This document shows positions 6,973-15,118 of a stretch of DNA of 32,076 nt, piece by piece. The stretch lies in NCBI GenBank assembly GCA_031372065.1, contig JANMKN010000214.1, positions 1 through 32,076 of the forward strand, written 5' to 3'. The notes under the pieces were generated by a model, which did not search any database, was not told the DNA's origin, and saw only the letters and a list, made by a program, of their open reading frames with translations. The number at the start of each line of letters is the position of its first letter. Positions within the stretch are counted from its first letter, which is position 1. The position numbers and the translations under genes were made by a program. Source of the stretch: Abditibacteriaceae bacterium. Lineage in GTDB: Bacteria; Armatimonadota; Abditibacteriia; Abditibacteriales; Abditibacteriaceae.

Positions 6973-9900
6973 CCATTAACTGTCCACAACGTGTAGCTGC
7001 CTTCAAAACCACGCAAATCACAATTGCGATGGGCTGACCAGTCGAAGGCTTCAATATCCAGTTCGCCTTCTTTTGCTAACTGCTCGCGTGCGGCATTGGA
7101 AAGGCGCACTTCGGGGTCTTTGGTAGATTCCACTACGCGCGAGGTAAAGTTCACCATTGTGCCAAAGGCGTCCTCTTCTTCGATCAAAACCGGGCCAAAA
7201 TGGATGCCGGCGCGCACCAGCAGATTCTCGGCGCCGGGATTCTCGTGTATCGAAAGGCTGGCTGCCAACGCATCGGAAACGGTGCGAAAGGCCACCATAA
7301 GCGAGTCACCGATGGTTTTTATGACATAACCGCCCTGCTCTACCGTCACCTGACGGCCTTTCTTGTAATGCGCCCGCAGCACTTGATTAAAACTTTCGTT
7401 GCCGATCTGATTTGCCATCATGGTGGAACCCACAATATCGGTGAACACAATCGCTAAAGTGCTGCGCGAACCACCGGCCCAAGTGCGAAAACTCTGCATC
7501 CGAATTTCGCCGGCGGCGGACACCAATCCCGCTTCCAAATCACGCAGCGCATCAGCGGCGCGATCCATCTGCATGACGGCGGCGGGCTGCGTGGACTGCT
7601 GCACTCTTTCTTCGCGATCCGACATAGAAACTTTGGCGCTGCAAACGCTGCATTCAATGGTGTCGAATCCGCGTTCACGACGACGACGCACTTGCGTTTC
7701 GGTAAGCGGCGTGCCGCATTCTTGGCAAGCGAAAACGCGACGGCGCTCCAGCGTATTTGGCAACGAACGTTTTAGCAAATGCGAATAAATGAACTCCTCG
7801 AAGGCGAATCGCGTTTCCTCAGCAGTCGCATCATCGAAGAATAACGACAGTTCGGCCCGTCCTTCCTCCATTTCACGCATCAAAATCCCGCAGGAACCGC
7901 CACTGTTAGCTTGATAAGTCGCCGCGTTTTTCCACATATTTTTGCGCTCGAACTCACCGGAATGAGAAAGGCGCACGCAAAGCGTGGCATAAACGTGGGC
8001 AACGGGGCCTTCGAAGGTAAACACAACGGTAGTGCCGCTGGGATCGTGAACATCAGGATATTCGCGCGTGGATTGCGCAGGAAAGACCAGCAGCGAACCC
8101 TCTGGGCCTTGCTCACGCAGGGCTATTTCGTGGCGCAGCAAGTCTTCCACCATTGCGATGAGCAATAAGCGCTCTTGTTCCGCGTTGGGTAAGCGCTCAT
8201 CTTTCGACATCGGGAATTTGCCGTTATAAATCCAATCTTCGGGCATCGTTCCCATCCCAACCGGATCATTGCGAACAGCGTTTACCAAAGCCGAAGCGTA
8301 GGCATCAATTCGTTCGGGCTGAAGTAAAATCAAATTTCCGAAACTCAGGCGGCGAATCAAGCCCTGCGCTTCGACAAGGCCGATACACGTTTCAAATTGT
8401 TCGATTAAGTCGGGCGTTTGCATGGGGGCTTGCCCAGACCGCAAAAATGACATGAATAAGTCATCTTCCACGGTAAGCAAGCGCCCGCCCTGTTTTTCGA
8501 TAAGCAGAAAATCTTTGATGCGCTGGAAGAGATCAGTCGAAGAGACTTTGGGCAAGCTGTCCCAATCAATAGATTCCATGATGGCGCGCTTTAAATCGCC
8601 AACGCCCCAACCTTCGCGGGCGCTGGTTTCGAAATAACCATCGAAATCATGCTGTTGTAAAAACGCTTCGAGACGTTCGCGTGGCACGCCAACGTTGCCG
8701 CGATCCATGCGGGCTGCCACTAAAAACTTCTTCAAAGGCAGCGCATCCGGGCCAGCAGCGTTTTGCGCCTGACGCAAAGCGCGATCCCAATGGCGCACGC
8801 CGCTAAAGGGGTCGGTTTCGCTGCGAACGTCAAACACGACCAGCGCAATCGCCACTTCATTTAAGTGCAATTGATGAATTAAACGATAACCCGGCTGTCC
8901 TGCCAAATCCCACAACAGCGTTTCACGATTTTCGCGCCGCCCGTCTTCCAATTCCACCTGATCGCTAACAAAGCGCCACACGAAACGTCCATGCGTGGAT
9001 TCTGTGGGCGTAAAAGGATGACCAGTTAAAACCAGACCCAATCCCGTTTTGCCCGCGCCGCTGTCGCCGACCAGCACCACCTTAGCATTGGTGTAATGCA
9101 CCGTTTGCGTGCTGCCTGCCGAGGTGCGCAATTTTCCGACGTCCACATCGTAGATGTCAATATCACGATCTTCGTTGGCGATAACAGCCAAGGTGTGTTC
9201 CTGCGGCGCCCATGACACGCCAGCAGAAAATAAACTGGTCACACCGGTTTCAGCCAAACCGGGCAAAATCTGCCAAGTATCGGTGCGCCATAAACGTAAG
9301 GCGCCGCTCAAATTTCGGCCCGCCATTATCCGTCCACAATGCGAAAATGACACGCAAGTAATCGGCTCAATATCGCCTTGCAAAACGTGTTTGAGTTGGC
9401 CCGTATCCGGGTCCCAGAGGCGCACCATGCGATCCGAAGAGGAAGCAGCCAATACCTTATTGTTAGGTGACCACGCCAAAGACAACACAGCATCGTTGCC
9501 AGAAGTCAACGAACGCTGCATTCGTTCGCCAGCGGCATCCCAAATGCGAATCGAACCTTCGCTTGAGGCCGCCGCCATCATTTTCCCGTCGCGTGACCAA
9601 GCGACATCTAAGGCCTGACCGGATGGCATTCGCAACATCCGCGTCATGCGCGCGGTTTTGGCATCCCACAAACGCACGGTGTTATCCGCCGAGGCCGATG
9701 CGTAAAAATCGCCGTCGGGCGCCCACGCCACACGAAAAATCAAGCCTTTATGCTCACGGTAGGCTTGTAGTAGGCTGCCATTGGTATCCCAATGTTTAAT
9801 GCCGCCATTATCTTGTCCCGAAATCAAAATCTTGCCATCGGGCGACCATGCCAAACAGGAAACTCCAGCCTCTACCGAGCGCATCACATGAAGGGTGGTG

Positions 9901-10058
9901 CCTGTGCGCATATCCCAAGTGCGCACCGTCAGATCGCTACTACTTGATGCCAGATAACGACCATCCGCCGACCACGCGATTTGTGAAATCGCATCGGTAT
10001 GGCCGGTCAAAGTCCGGTGTAGTCGAAATCCCAGTGGTAGTTCTGTAGTAGCTGGCAT
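6969..10058 (-). CDS. Roco-family protein: 7x WD40 - Roc GTPase - COR - Zn ribbon - class III adenylate/guanylate cyclase
   Basis: Seven WD repeats. G1 GDSGAGKT, G2 ESTHG, G3 WDLAGQ, G4-like ARMD, G5 ETSA. CQEC..CSVC. Cyclase motifs FTDIVGST, KTIGDS, RAGIHFG and DAFGTMVNFTSR. Start at ATG 10058 or TTG 10073. Confidence 0.88.
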   Translation of the reverse strand: MPATTELPLGFRLHRTLTGHTDAISQIAWSADGRYLASSSSDLTVRTWDMRTGTTLHVMRSVEAGVSCLAWSPDGKILISGQDNGGIKHWDTNGSLLQAYREHKGLIFRVAWAPDGDFYASASADNTVRLWDAKTARMTRMLRMPSGQALDVAWSRDGKMMAAASSEGSIRIWDAAGERMQRSLTSGNDAVLSLAWSPNNKVLAASSSDRMVRLWDPDTGQLKHVLQGDIEPITCVSFSHCGRIMAGRNLSGALRLWRTDTWQILPGLAETGVTSLFSAGVSWAPQEHTLAVIANEDRDIDIYDVDVGKLRTSAGSTQTVHYTNAKVVLVGDSGAGKTGLGLVLTGHPFTPTESTHGRFVWRFVSDQVELEDGRRENRETLLWDLAGQPGYRLIHQLHLNEVAIALVVFDVRSETDPFSGVRHWDRALRQAQNAAGPDALPLKKFLVAARMDRGNVGVPRERLEAFLQQHDFDGYFETSAREGWGVGDLKRAIMESIDWDSLPKVSSTDLFQRIKDFLLIEKQGGRLLTVEDDLFMSFLRSGQAPMQTPDLIEQFETCIGLVEAQGLIRRLSFGNLILLQPERIDAYASALVNAVRNDPVGMGTMPEDWIYNGKFPMSKDERLPNAEQERLLLIAMVEDLLRHEIALREQGPEGSLLVFPAQSTREYPDVHDPSGTTVVFTFEGPVAHVYATLCVRLSHSGEFERKNMWKNAATYQANSGGSCGILMREMEEGRAELSLFFDDATAEETRFAFEEFIYSHLLKRSLPNTLERRRVFACQECGTPLTETQVRRRRERGFDTIECSVCSAKVSMSDREERVQQSTQPAAVMQMDRAADALRDLEAGLVSAAGEIRMQSFRTWAGGSRSTLAIVFTDIVGSTMMANQIGNESFNQVLRAHYKKGRQVTVEQGGYVIKTIGDSLMVAFRTVSDALAASLSIHENPGAENLLVRAGIHFGPVLIEEEDAFGTMVNFTSRVVESTKDPEVRLSNAAREQLAKEGELDIEAFDWSAHRNCDLRGFEGSYTLWTVNG

Positions 10059-10195
10059 GAGAATCAGAAGCAACAGATGTTCTTCTTACAGAGAACAATA
10101 TATCCCGTCCCCTTGTTTATTGCATCTTGAGAGAAAAACTACCAGCAAGGGACGTGCCATTTTGTTAAAAGTCCAAATTTCCAAAGGCACTATGC

Positions 10196-11908
10196 TTATG
10201 CAGATGGCAATGCTTGCGGCGGCGATTCATTGCGCAAGCGGGCTGGCACAAAATCTAAATCGCTGGCTTCGCGCATCGCCAAGCGAATTTGAAATTCCAA
10301 AACTTCGGCGGGCACCGGGTTTTGATAATCATCTAAGCAATCGGCCAAGGCTGTAACTGCGTCCAATTTTTCTACTTTGACTAACCGATAAACTTTTACG
10401 GCCAAGGCTTCTGCCGCGCCGGGCGTCAGCAGTAACGGCACTTGTGCAGCCATTTTTTCAAAAGCACCATCGGGAATTTCCAAGCCGCGCCGTTTGCACA
10501 ACGCTTGAATCAAATGAAAACTTTCTTCGCTCTCCATAGTGGGGAACAAAGGAATTTTGACATCCACGCGGCCCGGACGTTTGAGGTCAACTTCAATCAA
10601 ATCGGGGCGGCTTGAGGCTAAAACCCAAATTATCTTGCCGCGATTGCGCGAGTTGCTCATTTCTTCGGCCATCATTGAATAAATGCGGCCCGAAACGCCC
10701 GAATCACCCGAACCTGCATCGCGCTTGCCCAATGCTTGGTCAGCTTCGTCAATGAAAACGTAGCAGCGCCCCAGCGCCTGCAACAAACGAAAAATCTTTT
10801 CGAGATTGCCTTCGGTGGAGCCAACCCATTTGTCGCGAAAATTTTTCATTTTCACAACCGGCACGCCTGCCTCGCCTGCCAGACATTCAACCATGAACGT
10901 TTTGCCGGTTCCGACGGGGCCGCATAATAAATAGCCCATCGGCATGGCTTGCGTTTCGCCTTGTTTCCAGAGCGCAATGTCCTGTCGCAGCCAAAGTTTT
11001 ACTTTTTCCTGCCCGTAAAGATCATCCAGAGTGCGTTTTGATTCGACGAATTCAATCAAGCCATCGCATTCTTTTTCGATGAGTTGCTTTTTCAGTTGAA
11101 CCAAATCTCCATCGCCCAGCGGCTCGGCTTTGTGCTGCCGCGTTTTGAGCATGGTTTCGACAGAGCCAAGCGAAGCTCCCGCTAATTGCTGCGAGGGGAA
11201 TTGCAAATTCCCCGCATAATTTTGCAGCGCCTTGCCATAAAGTGGTGCCAAAACCGTGAGGCCACGTTGCAAATCATCCGGCGAAGGCAACGGGATTTTT
11301 ACCAATGCCGCGCGTGCATTATTGGCGAGCATCGGATGCAAATCGTTGAGGTTTTCCGCGATAAAAAACGTGGCGAGGCCATGTTCAATCAGTAAAGTGT
11401 CGCTGCTCCACTCGCGCATCAACAGCGCCAACGCGTTTAAGTCGTAATTAAGCGCGCCGGGCAAGGCTGGCGCGACCAAATGCGCGGCTTTGATAAAACA
11501 ACCGACCTGCGTTTTGGTGCGCCCCAAACGTCCTAAATTGGCGATGTAACGAAAATAATGCGTCAGAGTTTCGATGGCCGGACGCGGCATTCGTGGCAAC
11601 TGCGGATTGTCCCGATAAGCCGGCCATTGCTCGAAAAGTTGCCCACCTTTTTCGATGCGAATCCCGTTGCCTAAATCGTAAGAAAGAATTACATCGAAGC
11701 GCGTGAGCATGACACGCATGAGAAAATCGGGCAGCGAACCTAATTCGCCGCCCGTTCCCATTGGCAATAAAATGCGGTCATTCACATTGCCGTAAAGCAC
11801 AAACTGATTGGAGGCCGAACTGGCGTATAACGTGACCAATTCATTAGCCCAATCGGGTAACGCGCCTTGTGGCAAATTCAGCGAAGGCGGCACGGGAGGA
11901 GTGAGCAT
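10196..11908 (-). CDS. Classical-clade AAA+ ATPase with a degenerate N-terminal module and an active C-terminal module
   Basis: Walker A GPVGTGKT, pore loop KWVGSTE, Walker B VFIDEAD, SRH SSRPDLIEVDLKRPGRVD. The N-terminal ~290 aa lack a Walker A. Confidence 0.92.
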   Translation of the reverse strand: MLTPPVPPSLNLPQGALPDWANELVTLYASSASNQFVLYGNVNDRILLPMGTGGELGSLPDFLMRVMLTRFDVILSYDLGNGIRIEKGGQLFEQWPAYRDNPQLPRMPRPAIETLTHYFRYIANLGRLGRTKTQVGCFIKAAHLVAPALPGALNYDLNALALLMREWSSDTLLIEHGLATFFIAENLNDLHPMLANNARAALVKIPLPSPDDLQRGLTVLAPLYGKALQNYAGNLQFPSQQLAGASLGSVETMLKTRQHKAEPLGDGDLVQLKKQLIEKECDGLIEFVESKRTLDDLYGQEKVKLWLRQDIALWKQGETQAMPMGYLLCGPVGTGKTFMVECLAGEAGVPVVKMKNFRDKWVGSTEGNLEKIFRLLQALGRCYVFIDEADQALGKRDAGSGDSGVSGRIYSMMAEEMSNSRNRGKIIWVLASSRPDLIEVDLKRPGRVDVKIPLFPTMESEESFHLIQALCKRRGLEIPDGAFEKMAAQVPLLLTPGAAEALAVKVYRLVKVEKLDAVTALADCLDDYQNPVPAEVLEFQIRLAMREASDLDFVPARLRNESPPQALPSA

Positions 11909-11910
11909 TT

Positions 11911-11946
11911 TGAAAGTTAAGAGTTTTAAATTAGGAGTTTTGAGTT
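11911..11946. repeat. Heptamer repeat tract (single arm) abutting the 41-bp array
   Basis: tgaaagt-taagagt-tttaaat-taggagt-tttgagt, same family as 6890-6972. Confidence 0.65.
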
Positions 11947-11955
11947 AAAATCTGC

Positions 11956-12187
11956 TGATTTGTGCCAATCAGCACTAAACGAGACTCAAAAGCTATTGAT
12001 TGGTGCCAATCAGCACCAAACGAGACTCAAAAGCTATTGATTGGTGCCAATCAACACCAAACGAGGCTTAAAAGCACTTGATTGGCACAAATCAGGGCCA
12101 AACGAGACTTAAAAGTTGCTGATTTGCGCCAATCAGGTGCTTGCGAGCAGCAAAAAGCTGTTGATTGGCGCCAATCGGGAGCTTTTG
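11956..12187. repeat. 6 x 41-bp tandem array with a 16-bp palindromic core TGATTGGNNCCAATCA
   Basis: Cores start at 11956, 11997, 12038, 12079, 12120 and 12162 (periods 41, 41, 41, 41, 42). Linkers resemble each other (GCACCAAACGAGACTCAAAAGCTAT). Confidence 0.93.
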
Positions 12188-12213
12188 ATGCTAATCTTGC
12201 CTTGCTTCGCGAC

Positions 12214-12978
12214 TCAATTGATTTCTGAAACCGGCCCCAAGCCTTGCGTGCTTGAAGTGGGAGAATCGGAAGCGACGACGCCGGGCATCGGGCGCGGGTC
12301 AAGAGCAATACCGGCTTGCGCGGCGAAGTCGGCCAAGGCTTGATCGGCCAAGGCTGATTGCTCTTCTTCTTTCATTTCGAATTCATGCACGTTGAGGCTG
12401 TCTTTGGCAACGCGGGCGCGTCCAGCGGCTTTTTGGCGGTCTTCTTCGACCATTTCATGCAAGCGATTGAGCGTGTCGCCGCTACCGCCGATGCTGGTAA
12501 TCATGCCGGAGGCCATTTCGGTCATCTCGGCAGTGGCCTTTTTGATTTTTAGGTCATCAATCGAATATTTAAGGGCTTCGATTTTCGATTTGGCGGCATC
12601 AACGGTCACATCGCGCGCTTTGACGAGGTCTTTGTAGGTGTCTTCGGCCTGTTCGAGTTGTTTTTTGTTTTCCACCAGTTCGCTGCTGGTTTTTTGTAGG
12701 CGCAGCGCCAATTGACCGGCCATGTCGCGATTGCCCGCGCGCAAATGCGCCGTGGTTTTGGCTTTCAGATCGCGTTCTTCCACTTCCTGTTTTTTGACCT
12801 GCATCATTAAGCGCTCGCAAAGGGCCGCATGCGAAGCCAAACCCTGATTGTAACGGGCAATCTGGGCGCGCAGATTTTCTTTTTCCACTTCGAGCAGGGC
12901 TTCGGGATTTTGCCGCTCGGCATTTGAAATGAACAAACTCAAAAATCCCTTAATCAAATTCGACAAACGCTTAAACAT
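12214..12978 (-). CDS. pspA: PspA/IM30 (Vipp1, ESCRT-III superfamily) protein
   Basis: Amphipathic N-helix MFKRLSNLIKGFLSLF, E..NPEALLE, long coiled coil with AGNRDMA, helix TLNRLHEMVEE, C-terminal extension. RBS AAGGAGA. Confidence 0.88.
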   Translation of the reverse strand: MFKRLSNLIKGFLSLFISNAERQNPEALLEVEKENLRAQIARYNQGLASHAALCERLMMQVKKQEVEERDLKAKTTAHLRAGNRDMAGQLALRLQKTSSELVENKKQLEQAEDTYKDLVKARDVTVDAAKSKIEALKYSIDDLKIKKATAEMTEMASGMITSIGGSGDTLNRLHEMVEEDRQKAAGRARVAKDSLNVHEFEMKEEEQSALADQALADFAAQAGIALDPRPMPGVVASDSPTSSTQGLGPVSEIN

Positions 12979-12995
12979 GAAATCTCCTTTTACAA

Positions 12996-13099
12996 TGGTC
13001 AGTTGTCGGTGGTCAGTGGTCAGAAATTTCTAATGCCAATCACCCTACTGCTCACTGTCCACGGCTTACTGTCCACTGCTCACTGATGGCTGACTGCTG
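12996..13099. repeat. Inverted heptamer-repeat hairpin (TGGTCAG/CACTG family) overlapping the 3' end of the 280-aa gene
   Basis: tggtcag-ttgtcgg-tggtcag-tggtcag, then ctcactg-tccacgg-cttactg-tccactg-ctcactg. Confidence 0.7.
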
Positions 13100-13908
13100 T
13101 TTGCATATTTCGACGGGCCAACATCAAGACTGAAAAACTCCAACACATCGTCCAGTCGTTCGGCTTCTCCATCGCAAAACTTCGATAGTTCTTCCACGCG
13201 TTTCCGCGCGCTTTCGATGGCTTTGCGGCGCTCTTGAATTTGTGATTCCAACGTTGCAATGTCGGTTTCGACTTTCTTGGTGAATTCTTCGCTTTTCTGG
13301 CCGAACGATTCCAAATACGCTTCCAACGCGGCCAATTTCCGAGTCGCATCGCCCACAATGGTTTGCGGCGTGGCGCCTAAAGTTTTACCGATAGCGTTAA
13401 GCGTCGCTTTAACAGTTTGGCGACGAATTTCGAGTGGCAAATCGGCAGGCAGCGAGTTGATGATTTCCAGCGCTTGTTCCGCCGTAAAATTCGTGGCGGG
13501 CACCCCTGCTGCGTCATAAATCATCGGCAGATTGACTTTGCCGTCGGCGCCGATTACAGCCGTTTTTTCCATTTTTCCATTTTCCGCTTGGGCCGCGCCC
13601 GCCGCTGCGTTTTTGATTTCAGCCAAGTTCGGCCCCGGCCCGCTTTGCACGACTTGCGTGGCAGTGGCTGTTACTTTAGCCGTGCCGGAAGCGGTGCCGG
13701 ACGGCACGACGCCCGTAGCGGCACTCTTTTCGCTTTTCGGGCCACGAACAGCGGCCAACAACTCGTCAATATCCGGCGCGGGCCGCGTCGAATAATCGCT
13801 CGTATCCGGCGAAGTGCCACTTGATACGGGCACGTTCGGCATTTCGTCTTCAGGCGGCATTTCGAACAGTAATCCGGCAGTTTTGCGCATCACATTTCGC
13901 AGACTCAT
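13066..13908 (-). CDS. Hypothetical protein with a low-complexity N-half and a C-terminal coiled coil
   Basis: 280 aa. Pro/Ser/Thr/Ala-rich linker, then a helical domain and heptads (IATLESQIQERRKAIESARKRVEEL). Co-oriented with pspA. Confidence 0.85.
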   Translation of the reverse strand: MSLRNVMRKTAGLLFEMPPEDEMPNVPVSSGTSPDTSDYSTRPAPDIDELLAAVRGPKSEKSAATGVVPSGTASGTAKVTATATQVVQSGPGPNLAEIKNAAAGAAQAENGKMEKTAVIGADGKVNLPMIYDAAGVPATNFTAEQALEIINSLPADLPLEIRRQTVKATLNAIGKTLGATPQTIVGDATRKLAALEAYLESFGQKSEEFTKKVETDIATLESQIQERRKAIESARKRVEELSKFCDGEAERLDDVLEFFSLDVGPSKYANSSQPSVSSGQ

Positions 13909-13918
13909 ATCGTTTTAT

Positions 13919-13993
13919 TGGTCGGAAGTCAGTAGTTAGTGGTCAGAAATAATGAAATCGGTCTACTGACCGCTGACTACCGCCCACTGACCA
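13919..13993. repeat. Inverted heptamer-repeat hairpin (TGGTCAG/CTGACCA family)
   Basis: tggtcgg-aagtcag-tagttag-tggtcag, then ctactga-ccgctga-ctaccgc-ccactga-cca. Shares AGTGGTCAGAAAT with the 12996 element. Confidence 0.75.
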
Positions 13994-13997
13994 TCGC

Positions 13998-15023
13998 CTA
14001 ATTCATTAGTCTCGCCAACGATTGTTCGTAGGGCGCGATTTCCTCCAGCACTTGCGTCATGGTGTTGGTTTGAGTGACCACATCTTCTATGTCGGCCAAA
14101 ACCTGTTCGGGCGGGCGCGCGCGAATCTCGTCGGAGATCAAACCGAAAGTATCCTCTAACAATTCCAACTGATGATTGAGATTCTGCAAAATGCGGCCCA
14201 TTTTGCCGACGAATTCACGGCGGCGCTCCAACACTTCGCTGCGCTTTTCCAGAACTGCCAAGGTGCCAGCGTCTTTTTCATCCTTCAACAAAGTGCGTAG
14301 TTTGTCCAATTCGCTATCGTAGTGCTTTTGCACTTCGTCAACGGTATTCTGCACCCATTTTTCGGATTGTTCATAGCTTTGCACGACACTGGTTGGCTTT
14401 GATGGCCGAAGCGCGGCGCCATTTTGCGCCATCGCGCTACGACGACGTGACGGACTGCTGGAATTGATCTGCGTTTGCCCTTTGCGTTCAAAGGCATCGT
14501 CCAGCCACGCCGGACGCCCAGAGTCTTTTCCGGTAGGAACTTCACCGATTTCACCGCGCGCTTCGGCCAAAATTGAAGCCAAATAAGCGCGAAACTGGCC
14601 TTCTTTGGTGGCAAATTGCAGAAACTTGTCCAACAAGTAATCTAACTTGCGCAAAACTTCGAGAAACCACGTTCTCTCGCCCATCGAAAGCGTGCCAATT
14701 TGCCCTCGCACTTGTTCGAGGTGCAAAAAGCGCCGCTGCAAATCAGGGCGCAAGGTCGGCAAAATCTCTGCCTTCATCTGGTTGCGACGCGCTTCAATTT
14801 CTGCGTCATGGCGCCGCGCCAAACGCTGCGAATACCAACGCGAATCGGGGACAAAAATAAGATACGCCGCTTCCAGCACAAAAGCGGGCAAAAGCACGAG
14901 TGGGCTGACCAGCGCCGCCGCTACCGCGACAGCACCAGCCATGCCGATGATATTGTAATTTTCCTTAAACGCTTCAGCGTAACGATTGCGCGGTGTCATG
15001 AAAGCGACGGGCGTGTCTACCAA
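13998..15023 (-). CDS. Membrane-anchored coiled-coil protein
   Basis: N-terminal hydrophobic hairpin (IIGMAGAVAVAAALVSPLVLLPAFVLEAAYLIFV) followed by long helical heptads. The start may be ATG 14999. Confidence 0.85.
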   Translation of the reverse strand: MVDTPVAFMTPRNRYAEAFKENYNIIGMAGAVAVAAALVSPLVLLPAFVLEAAYLIFVPDSRWYSQRLARRHDAEIEARRNQMKAEILPTLRPDLQRRFLHLEQVRGQIGTLSMGERTWFLEVLRKLDYLLDKFLQFATKEGQFRAYLASILAEARGEIGEVPTGKDSGRPAWLDDAFERKGQTQINSSSPSRRRSAMAQNGAALRPSKPTSVVQSYEQSEKWVQNTVDEVQKHYDSELDKLRTLLKDEKDAGTLAVLEKRSEVLERRREFVGKMGRILQNLNHQLELLEDTFGLISDEIRARPPEQVLADIEDVVTQTNTMTQVLEEIAPYEQSLARLMN

Positions 15024-15118
15024 TCCAGTCCATCTTATTATATCTGGCCCGCGCCCTTTAATTATTCTAACCGTTCTATCCGGTTGTGTGCTTTAAATGC
15101 CACCTTAGATGATGTAAT

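Noticed and set aside
11956..12187. CRISPR array
   Set aside because: The constant part is only 16 bp, the spacers are near copies of each other rather than unique, and there are no cas genes in the window.
12051..12343. Short ORFs across the 41-bp array
   Set aside because: The 41-bp period shifts frame every unit, so the peptides are by-products of the repeat.
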